From Dehalococcoidia bacterium (GTDB taxonomy: Bacteria > Chloroflexota > Dehalococcoidia > UBA2979), in assembly GCA_965262725.1 (NCBI GenBank), contig OZ253555.1, positions 256,001 to 320,000 of the forward strand: a DNA stretch of 64,000 nucleotides, read 5' to 3'. A model generated the notes under the pieces. That model ran no database searches and was not told where the DNA came from. It saw only the letters and a program-made list of their open reading frames with translations. The position numbers and the translations under genes are program-made. How positions within the stretch are numbered: position 1 is the first letter of the stretch; the number at the start of each line of letters is the position of its first letter. Positions 32,633-41,808 of the stretch are shown here, piece by piece.

Positions 32633-33128
32633 CCGGGAGACCGGCGCCCGCGGACCCGCCCCCAACGAGAGCGTCTGCTGGTCGGCGCGCGCCCGCACGC
32701 CGGGGTATAGTCAGAGTCCCTGACGGGTGGAGGCCCCCATGCGTGGACACGCCGCCCGCAGTCTCCGGTCCGGGTGGGGTCGCGCAGCCGCTCTCGCGCT
32801 TCTCTCCGTCGTGCTCGCCACCGCCTGCGGCTCGGATACGACCCCCACCGAGACGGCGACGCCCGCGCCGACGCAGGCACCTGCGACGGCGACCCCCGTT
32901 CGGACGCCCACGCCGCCGCCCACGCCGGCACCTGCGCCATCCATCGGCGATCTCGTCGTGACCGACAGCACCACCGTGGGCGACCTCACGGCCTCCCTCT
33001 CCGAGTCCGAGGTCGCCTGCCTGCGCGCCACGATCGGCGAGAGCATCTTCGACGCGATCCTCGATATTCCTCTCCGGGAGATTCCCACCGGCACTCCTGA
33101 CCTGCCGCTCGAATGCCTCGCGCCCAAG

Positions 33129-34786
33129 CCCTGATCCACCGAAGAAGAGTGCGCGAGCGGCTGGGGTTGGGTGCTCCGCTGTAGCTGGGACAATGGTTTT
33201 TGACCGAATCACGTCACAGCCACAGGGAGCACCCATTCGATGTTAGCAACGAGCAGCCCCGACCGGATACACATCGCCTTCGACGACGACCGCCTCGTGG
33301 ACCACGCGGGCCTGCTGCTCCCGGCCACGCTCGCTGGCCGGCTCGGCCTCCGTGAACTGGCAGACGCCCACCTCGACCTCGGTGACGCAGCGGGGCGGGC
33401 GAACGTCGGCGACAAGCTGATGACTCTCATCGCCTCGGCGCTCGCGGGCGGCGACTGCATCGATGACGCCGATGCCATGCGCTCAGGCGGCGCCGGGCGC
33501 GTGCTCGGCTGCACGGTGAAGGCGCCGTCCACCCTCGGGACGTTCCTGCGCAGCTTCCGCTGGGGCCACGTCCGCCAGCTCGACCGCGTCAGCCGCGAGT
33601 TGCTGGCCCGCAGTTGGGCGGCCGGGGCGGGACCCGGCGCGGCACCGTTCACGATCGACCTCGACTCGACGCTCTGCGAGACCTACGGACTGGCGAAAGA
33701 GGGCGCCCGGCACCACGGCTACACGGGCGTGCGCGGCTATCACCCGCTGCTCGCGGTGGCGGCCGGGACGGGTGAGGTGCTGATGGCCCGGCTGCGCGGG
33801 GGCCGTGCCAACACCGCTCGGGGGGCCGCCCACTTCCTGCGTGAGACGGTGGGCCGGGTGCGCGACGCCGGGGCGAGCGGGCAGCTCACGGTGCGCGCCG
33901 ACAGCGGCTTCTACAACCACGCTGTCGTCGCCGTCTGTCGCAAGCAGGATGTCCGCTTCTCCATCACCATTCGCCAGCAGCCGAACGTACGCCGGCTGAT
34001 CGAGGCGATACCGGAAGAGGACTGGACGCCGATCCCGTACTGGCAGGACGACGGCGCCGCTGTCGCCGAGACGACCTACACGCCGTTCCAGCACACGAGG
34101 GACGCCACCGCGGTGCGGCTCATCGTGCGGCGCGTCAAGCCGACGCCCGGCTCACAGCTCGCGCTCTTCGTGAACTACATTACCACGCCTTCATCACCGA
34201 TCGCGCGGGGGAGATGATGGAGCTGGAGGCCGACCATCGCCGTCACGCCGAGATCGAGAACGCGATCCGCGACCTCAAGTACGGCGTCGGGTTGAACCAT
34301 CTCCCCTCGGGCCGCTTCGCCGCGAACGCGGCGTGGCTCGCGGTGCAGGTGATCGCGCACAACCTCGCCCGCTGGACGGCACGCCTCGGGCTCGGCGAGG
34401 GGATCGTGACGACCAGGACGCTCAGGCGGCGCTACTTCTCTCTCGCCGGACGGCTCACCCACTCTGCCCGGCGGTGGACCCTGCACCTCCCGAAGCGCTG
34501 GCCCTGGGCCGGGCAGCTGGCAGCCGCGCTCGCGCGACTACGGGCGATACCGCTCCCGACCTGACGCCCGCTCACAGCGCCGAACCGGAGCCGAAGCTCG
34601 CGCCAGCATGCCCGCGCACGCCTCGCGCACCCTCGCGCCCGCACCCTCAGCGCCCCCGAGCGGCGCTGAGCGACGACTCCTGGCTCCGGCCCGCCCCCGG
34701 CGCCGCCCGGCGAACGCCGACACACCCGTCGAACTCTCCGGCAGCCCGGCACCCCGCCTCGTCAAGCTTCGTTCGGTGGATTCGAG
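33129..34786 (+). mobile_element. IS1380-family element with a frameshifted transposase (33240-34564)
   Basis: IRs ccctgatccaccgaa / ctcgaatccaccgaa; TSD CCAAG at 33124-33128 and 34787-34791; IDLDST and RADSGF motifs; frameshift near 34180. Confidence 0.88.
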
Positions 34787-35471
34787 CCAAGAGCGCGATC
34801 GGCCTCAACATCGCCTTCATGTCCGTGGAAGCCGGCGGACTGAGCGCCGAGACACGCACCTGCATCGCGTCCGTCGCCATGGAGCACCCCGCCGCCTTCG
34901 GGATCGGCCCACCGCCCACGGCCGATGACTTTGCAGGCCTGTTCGGCGCAGGCATACAGATGAACCTCTGCCTGACCGACGAGGAGGCCGCCGCTCTCGC
35001 AGGTGCGGGCGGCGACGGACTCCCGCCGCCCTCGGTCATACGGTGCATGGAGGAGCAGATCGGCAGCCTGGACGACCTCCTCGCCGCCTTCTTGGCTCTG
35101 ATGGGCGAGGAACCGGATCCCAGCGCGGCGCTCGGCCTGTTCGCGGCAGCTCAGGAATGTAGGGTCAGGGGCTGGCGCGGTGCGAGCCGTAGGCGGTGGC
35201 GCATCAGTTCCAAGCCGGTTTCCCGGTGGTGCCCAACTCCACGGCCATAGCAGCGTCCGTCTCCAGCCCCTGCCACATCGAACCGGACGTGAGGTTCTCC
35301 CTCATCCGGCTCACCGATGCCCTTCACCAGATGGCATGCAGCGCTCCCCACAACGTGGGTCGTGCCTTGGCCAGCCGGTACAGCATGTGCGGAGAGCCTC
35401 GAACTGGGAATGATGCTTACATCTGGCCCCACTTTGATCCTCTGATCTGGCCCCACCCCCGGGGACCGGGA

Positions 35472-36254
35472 TCAGGTCGTTGGGGCACCTCCTCTCGGGG
35501 AGGTCGAGGCCCGGAGCCGGTAGGACTCGGTGCCGGTCTCGATGATATGGGCACGGTAGGTGAGGCGGTCAACGACGGCCGCGGCGAGACGAGGGTCGGT
35601 GAAGATGCGGCCCCACTCGGAGAACGGGGAGTTGGAGGCGACGGCGACCGATGCCCGTTCCTCGCGCTCGGTCAGGATCTGGAACAGCATTTCGGCACCG
35701 CGCGGGTCGAGGTGGACGTACCCGAACTCATCCAGGCAGAGCAGGTCGAGGCGGCCGTAGCGGGCGACGAGGCGTGAGAGCGCGCGATCATCCGACGCTT
35801 CGGCCAGTTCATTCACCAGGGCGGCCGTGGTCATGTACCGCACGCGCAGCCCCAGGTGGCAGGCGGCCATGCCGAGGCCGATGAGCAGGTGTGACTTCCC
35901 GGTGCCGCTGTCACCGAGCAGGACGACGGGCTCGCCCCTTTCGACCCAGTCGCAGCGCTCCAGCGTGGCGAGCGCCGGCGCGTCGACTGTCGGCGCCGCC
36001 TCGAGGTCGAAGTCGGCGAGGTACTTGAAACGCGGGAACCGCGCCTCGACGATACGGCGCTGACGGCGCCGCTCCTCACGGTCATCGCGTTCGGCTCCCA
36101 GCACTTCGGCGAGATAGCCCAGATGGGTGATCCGGTCTCGGACCGCGGCTTCGGCGAGCGGGAGCGCCTGCTTCCTGACGGTGGGGAGACGGAGCTCGCG
36201 GCAGATCGCCTCGATTGTCAGCTCCGCGGCCTGGTCGGTGAGGGGTGCTGTCAT
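35472..36254 (-). CDS. istB: IS21 helper ATPase IstB
   Basis: GDSGTGKS, LLCLDE and AAVVDRL motifs. Confidence 0.9.
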   Translation of the reverse strand: MTAPLTDQAAELTIEAICRELRLPTVRKQALPLAEAAVRDRITHLGYLAEVLGAERDDREERRRQRRIVEARFPRFKYLADFDLEAAPTVDAPALATLERCDWVERGEPVVLLGDSGTGKSHLLIGLGMAACHLGLRVRYMTTAALVNELAEASDDRALSRLVARYGRLDLLCLDEFGYVHLDPRGAEMLFQILTEREERASVAVASNSPFSEWGRIFTDPRLAAAVVDRLTYRAHIIETGTESYRLRASTSPRGGAPTT

Positions 36255-36270
36255 CGGGTGCCTCCTGTGG

Positions 36271-37905
36271 TCAGCGTGCCGTCGACACCGCAGCGGTGAC
36301 GGCGGTTGTGGTGGTGTGCGACGCGTTCTCGGCAGACCGCGGAGCGCGGGAGCGCCCGCCCGGCGACGTGCCGGGCCATCGGGAATCACCCGAGAGCAGC
36401 GCATCGTAGCCATCGAGGAGCGGGGCAGGTCGGTCGTAGCGCTCCAGGTGCGGTCTCTCGACGGCGGCGTCTGGTGGCCTGCGGTCGGCGAGACGGCGCG
36501 CCTCGATGGCGACCAGTTCGGGGTTCACCGACTGGATCCTGTTGACCGTCCCGAGCGCGGCGTGCACCGCCGTGAAGGGAAGATGGCGATGCAGGAGCAG
36601 GACCTCGATGTACGCCTGCGTGCCCGCGCGGTCGCCGAGCTTGCGGCGGGCGCGGTCCCAGAAGCGCTGATGCTCGGCTGTGACGTGTCCCTTCGCACGC
36701 GCCTGCTGGAGCGCCACCGAGCCCGGGACCGCCCCGGGCTTGCGCGCGAGCACCTCCAGATAGTGGTCGAGCAGCAGGACCTCTGCTCCGGTGCGGGCGC
36801 TGCGCTCGTGGTGGGCGACTTCACGCCCCTCGGCCCACACGGTCAGGCTGTTCCCGGACAGCCGCACGTCCAGCTTCCGGCCTGCATAGGCCGCCGGGAC
36901 CGAGTAGCGGGAGCTACGCACGGCGATGCGCGCCTTGCGGTCGACCTTCGCGCGCAGCGGGATTGACGGGTCGAAGCGCTCCGCCGGAAGCGGACGCAGC
37001 GAGGCCTTCTCGTTCTCTCCCATCTCGCCGACGGTGGCGAGGCGGCTCTCGATGTGCCGGGCGTCGTCGGTGCGGTCCGCCTCCCGCACTCGTTCGTTCA
37101 GCTCGCCGAGGGTCGCCACCTTCGGGACCGGCACGAAGTGCCGCCGGCGGAAGCGGCCGACCTCGCCCTCCACACCGCCCTTCTCGTGCGCGCCCTCGAT
37201 GCCGGGCTCACAGAAGAAGCTGTCGAAGCCGTAATGCGAGCGGAGCGCGATGAAGCGCTCGGTCTGCAGGCGCTCGCGTCCCTGCAGCACGGTGGTGACG
37301 GCCGCCGTCAGATTGTCGTAGCGGATGCGCCGCGGCACTCCGCCGAGCCGCTCGAAGGCGACCACGTGCCCCTCGAGCAGAGACTCCTGGCCCTCGCCGA
37401 CGAAGCAGACGTGCGCCGCCCGCCCCGAATGCGAGAGCCGCATCACGAACATCGCCAGCCGGGTCTCGACGCCCTCCAGCCACACCGTCACCGTGCCGAA
37501 GTCGACCTCCGCCTCCTCGCCGGGAGGATGGACCTGCGGGATCGTCACAACCGCGCGCCCGCCCTGGATCTCGCGACGCAGGCGCGCGACGCAGGCGCGG
37601 ACCGTGGGCTCGGCCACCGTCGCCCCGTGTTCGTCGACGAGGCGCTCCCAGATGCGCCGGGCCGTGTGCCGCTGCTTGCGCGGCGCGCTGAGGTCGTCCA
37701 CGAGCCAGCCCCGGATGACCGAGACGTACGGCCCGAGCTTCGGGGCCACGCGGGTCGCCTGCTTGCGTTCCGGGGGTATCGCCGACCCAAGAGCCTGCCG
37801 CACCGTGCGCCGGTGCACGCCATGCCGGCGTCCCAGCTCATGGATCGACAGCTCCTCCTCCCTCGCCATCCGTCGGATAGACTCGAACAGCTCCACTCTC
37901 GACAC
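36271..37905 (-). CDS. istA: IS21 transposase IstA
   Basis: PGEEAEVDFG, YDN and HEKGGVE motifs. Confidence 0.92.
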   Translation of the reverse strand: MSRVELFESIRRMAREEELSIHELGRRHGVHRRTVRQALGSAIPPERKQATRVAPKLGPYVSVIRGWLVDDLSAPRKQRHTARRIWERLVDEHGATVAEPTVRACVARLRREIQGGRAVVTIPQVHPPGEEAEVDFGTVTVWLEGVETRLAMFVMRLSHSGRAAHVCFVGEGQESLLEGHVVAFERLGGVPRRIRYDNLTAAVTTVLQGRERLQTERFIALRSHYGFDSFFCEPGIEGAHEKGGVEGEVGRFRRRHFVPVPKVATLGELNERVREADRTDDARHIESRLATVGEMGENEKASLRPLPAERFDPSIPLRAKVDRKARIAVRSSRYSVPAAYAGRKLDVRLSGNSLTVWAEGREVAHHERSARTGAEVLLLDHYLEVLARKPGAVPGSVALQQARAKGHVTAEHQRFWDRARRKLGDRAGTQAYIEVLLLHRHLPFTAVHAALGTVNRIQSVNPELVAIEARRLADRRPPDAAVERPHLERYDRPAPLLDGYDALLSGDSRWPGTSPGGRSRAPRSAENASHTTTTAVTAAVSTAR

Positions 37906-38990
37906 ACTCCTCTTCCCTCGCTCCGGGAGTCATGCAGTCACCCGAGCGTAGGTCCTGGATGGGTCGGGGGTGGGGCCAATTCAAAGGATCAAAACGGCTC
38001 CAGGTGGGGCCAATTCAGAGCATCATTCCCACCGAACCCTACCAAGTGGTTGCTAGCCCCGAGGGGCACTCACCAGTCCACACCCCCAGCAACATGCACG
38101 GACAAAGTAGGGGTCCTTCCCATCACCGGCGGTTATGTTGTCCGTCCGGCTCCAGCGGTACTACGACCCCCTCCGCCACCCTTCCGGCTGGCTGTCCACT
38201 TCCCGGCTCTGACCGGTTATAGGACGCCTCGCTCCGACGCCCTCTCACAGGGTGCCGGGCCGGGGAGGGCTTCTCCGGTTCCCGTCGCTACCTTCCGTAC
38301 GTTCCACGTCCCATACGCCGGGAGGTTTCTTGAGGCTGCATTCCAGGATCTTCACCTCGTCCATGGCCTTCGCCCTGACCACCCGGGCTCGGCTCCTCCT
38401 TGGTCCTGTCAATAGACAGGCGAGTCTCACGGCGCGGCAGACTTCGCGTCATGCTGCGGACCGCACGTTTGCTCCCCCTCATAGGGCTCTTGACGTCGGG
38501 CTTCGACGCAGACCGTTTCCCGTCCACGCCGCCGACCTGCTAACGGGCCTCCTGACAGTTACCCGTGCCGGACTCTCACCGGCTGGCAGCAACGAGCATG
38601 TCTCCGGACCGGTCACGTCATCACGTCACCACCCCTTCGACTTCCGGACGCACGCGGGGCCGACCTCGAAGGAGCCCCAGGTCTGCCTAGTGTCCCGAGT
38701 TGCAAATGCTGAAAACAATCGCACCGAGCCTCGCAGGCTTGGTCCGCTCAGTGGAGGCTTGGGTCGCAACTGGAACGAGCACCGGATGCGCTTCATCTCG
38801 CACAAGACCACCGACCAGATCCTTGAGTAGGGTCAGGGGCTGGCGCGGTGCGAGCCGTAGGCGGTGGCGCATATTGCCAGGCCGGTTTCCCGGTGGCGCC
38901 CATCTCCACAGCCGTAGCATCGTCCGTCTCCAGCCCCTGCCGCCTCGAACCGGACGTGAGGTTTTCCCTCATCCGGCTCACCGATGCCCT

Positions 38991-41190
38991 TCACCGGGCG
39001 GCATGCGGGGTGCCCCGCCACGGTCGATATGGCCGTGGTGCCACGACGCGCTGTCCAGCTAGCGAGATGAGCCCCAGACGGTCGGCGACGGGAAACGGGT
39101 GCCCGCGATGGCGTCGCCGCCAACGCAACCGCTTCCCCAGCCAGAGTTTGAGTCTCCACATGGCAAACCAGTGCAGGACGTCGAACGCCCTCGCCGAGTT
39201 GCCGTAGCGGAAGTAGCTCATCCAGCCGCGGAGGTAGCGATTGACTTCCTCCACGACCTGCCGGGGACTCAGCAGCAGACGCAACCGCGCCGTGATTTCA
39301 CGGATGCGGTCCCGCGCCCGCTGCATCGCTCGCCGTGAGGGCCAGCGTGCGAGGAACTGGATATTCTTGTTGCGCTTCGCACGTACCCAGCGATGCTCGA
39401 AGCCGAGGAACTCCAGCCCCTCGCCTCCCTCCCGCAGGTGCACGATGCGCGTCTTCTCCGCCTTGAGCTCCAGTCCGAGCTCACCCAGCAGGTCACGCAG
39501 CAGGGCCAACGCCCGCTCCGCTTCCTCCCGGCTCCGGCAGAGCACCACGAGGTCATCCGCATAGCGCACCAGCACGCCATCACCCTTCGCCTCCCAGTCC
39601 CGGTCCAACCGGTGCAGGTAGACATTGGCCAGCAGCGGGGACATCACCCCGCCCTGCGGCGTACCCGTCGCGCTGTGCTGCACGACCCCCGACTCCATCA
39701 CACCGGCACGCAGCATCGCCCGTACCAGCTTCAGGAGATTGCGGTCGCATATCCGTTCCTCGACGGCCGTCATCAGACGGTCGTGTAGGGTCAGGGGCTG
39801 GCGCGGTGCGAGCCGTAGGCGGTGGCGCATCAGTTCCAAGCCGGTTTCCCGGTGGTGCCCAACTCCACGGCCATAGCAGCGTCCGTCTCCAGCCCCTGCC
39901 ACATCGAACCGGACGTGAGGTTCTCCCTCATCCGGCTCACCGATGCCCTTCACCAGATGGCATGCAGCGCTCCCCACAACGTGGGTCGTGCCTTGGCCAG
40001 CCGGTACAGCATGTGCGGAGAGCCTCGAACCCTACCAAGTGGTTGCTAGCCCCGAGGGGCACTCACCAGTCCACACCCCCAGCAACATGCACGGACAAAG
40101 TAGGGGTCCTTCCCATCACCGGCGGTTATGTTGTCCGTCCGGCTCCAGCGGTACTACGACCCCCTCCGCCACCCTTCCGGCTGGCTGTCCACTTCCCGGC
40201 TCTGACCGGTTATAGGACGCCTCGCTCCGACGCCCTCTCACAGGGTGCCGGGCCGGGGAGGGCTTCTCCGGTTCCCGTCGCTACCTTCCGTACGTTCCAC
40301 GTCCCATACGCCGGGAGGTTTCTTGAGGCTGCATTCCAGGATCTTCACCTCGTCCATGGCCTTCGCCCTGACCACCCGGGCTCGGCTCCTCCTTGGTCCT
40401 GTCAATAGACAGGCGAGTCTCACGGCGCGGCAGACTTCGCGTCATGCTGCGGACCGCACGTTTGCTCCCCCTCATAGGGCTCTTGACGTCGGGCTTCGAC
40501 GCAGACCGTTTCCCGTCCACGCCGCCGACCTGCTAACGGGCCTCCTGACAGTTACCCGTGCCGGACTCTCACCGGCTGGCAGCAACGAGCATGTCTCCGG
40601 ACCGGTCACGTCATCACGTCACCACCCCTTCGACTTCCGGACGCACGCGGTATCGACTCGAAACACGAGGCGATGTCCGTCTCCACTACCCACCGCCTGC
40701 CCCGCCACGCCTCGTCAATGAGGACCTGCAGGGCGTCATGGGCCGAACGCTTCGGGCGGAAGCCGAAGCTGCATGGCAGGAAGTCGGCCTCGAAGACCGG
40801 CTCCGTCACGAGCTTCAGCGACGCCTGCACGATGCGGTCGCGGACCGAAGGAATCGAGAGCGGGCGCTCTTCCGACCGACCGGGCTTGGGTATCCAGACC
40901 CGGCGGCTCGGCTGCACCCGGTATCTTCCCTCCTTCAGTTCCGTGGCCAGTTCATCCAGCAGGCGCTCCACGCCGTAGCGCTCGACCTCGGCGAGCGTGA
41001 CGCCGTCGATACCGGCTGCGCCGCGATTGCGACGCACCTGCTCCCACGCGCGCTCCAGAATGTCTCTGCGATAAACCTTGTCGTAGAGCGCATGAAAGCG
41101 TCTATTGGGGTCGGCCTTGGCCGCCCGGTAAAGCGTGCGTTGTAGTGTTCGGACCTTGTCTTGGATGGAGTTAGCCGCTTGGGCACTCAC
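38991..41190 (-). CDS. ltrA: Group II intron RT/maturase (about 445 aa when spliced, no endonuclease domain), interrupted by ORF-less intron copy 2
   Basis: GAAGIDG, IPKPG, DRIVQ, SFGFRP, DIASCFESIP|HDRL, GTPQGG, RYADD, FLGF and LRGWMSYF motifs. Confidence 0.93.
39785..40646 (-). mobile_element. ORF-less group II intron, copy 2 (862 nt), inside the RT gene
   Basis: Same sequence as copies 1 and 3 by eye. Precise removal gives CCG C|AC GAC (P-H-D). Confidence 0.95.
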
Positions 41191-41808
41191 CGATTCATCC
41201 CTACTCCCCACGCGTGAGCAAAGCAGGGGTCCTTCCCATCACCGGCGGTTGTGTTGTCCGTCCGGCTCAAGCGGTACTACGACCCCCTCCGTCACCCTTC
41301 CGGCTAGCTGCCCACTTCCCGGCTTTGACCGGTTATAGGGCACCTCGCTCCGACACCATCTCGCAGGGTGCCGGGCCGGGGAGGGCTTCTCCCGTTCCCG
41401 TCGCTACCTTCCAAACGTTCCACGCCCCTTACGCCGGGAGGTTCCTTGAGGCTGCAGCGCAACGCGCATTCAGGATCTTCACCTCGTCCATGGCCTTCGC
41501 CCTGAATTGCCGGGCTCGGCTCCTCCACTATCCGTTAACGACGCGGCAGGCTTCGCTTGATGCTGCGGACCGCTTGGTTGCTCCCCCTGATAGGGCTCTT
41601 GACGTCGGGCTTCGACGTGGACCGTTTCCCGTCCGCGCCGCCGACCTGCTAACGGGCCTCCTGACAGTTACCCGTGCCGGACTCGCACCGGCTGGCAACG
41701 ACGAGCATGTCTCCAGACCGGTTACGTCATCACGTCACCCGCCCTTCGACTTCGGGACACACCAACCTCACCGGATATCTCAATCGCATTTCCAATTCAG
41801 GACACTAG

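Larger units (their letters stand above)
35405..38031 (-). mobile_element. IS21-family element
   Basis: TGGGAATGATGC inverted ends with internal ctggccccac repeats. Duplication (t/c)CGAAC at 35399-35404 and 38032-38037. Confidence 0.9.
35159..38653 (-). mobile_element. ORF-less group II intron, copy 1, carrying an IS21 in domain IV
   Basis: GTGCG 5' end, CCCTAC 3' end and domain V GAGCCGGATGAGGGAGAACCTCACGTCCGGTTC. It is 862 nt after removing the IS and its duplication. No TSD. Confidence 0.92.
32739..38690 (+). pseudogene. Lipoprotein gene cut by IS1380, an antisense intron, and elements at a CTAG site
   Basis: Removing the inserts joins ECLAPK|SAIGLNIAF and AAQEC|GADLEG in frame. Lipobox ATAC. 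Confidence 0.75.
38827..41762 (-). mobile_element. RT-encoding group II intron (IIB-like, bacterial class E/F-like), outer member of a twintron
   Basis: GTGTG 5' end, CCCTAC 3' end and domain V GAGCCGGATGAGGGAAAACCTCACGTCCGGTTC right after the RT stop codon. Confidence 0.92.
38691..41804. mobile_element. MITE-like element (about 178 bp when empty) hosting the full-length intron
   Basis: IRs tgtcccgagttgcaaatgc / tgtcctgaattggaaatgc, each flanked by CTAG (38687-38690, 41805-41808). No ORF once the intron is removed. Confidence 0.7.

Noticed and set aside
40398-40413. TTGACA within a hairpin specific to the ORF-less intron, as a possible promoter
   Set aside because: No -10 element at suitable spacing; better explained as an RNA stem next to the putative EBS2.
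39806-40721. Repeated 150-200 aa ORFs (also near 38250 and 61130)
   Set aside because: They are incidental frames, mostly antisense, over the intron RNA and lack recognisable protein motifs.
38032-41762. RT next to long near-identical repeats, suggesting a DGR or retron
   Set aside because: The repeats have group II intron ends and domain V, differences are not adenine-specific, and the RT has a maturase domain.
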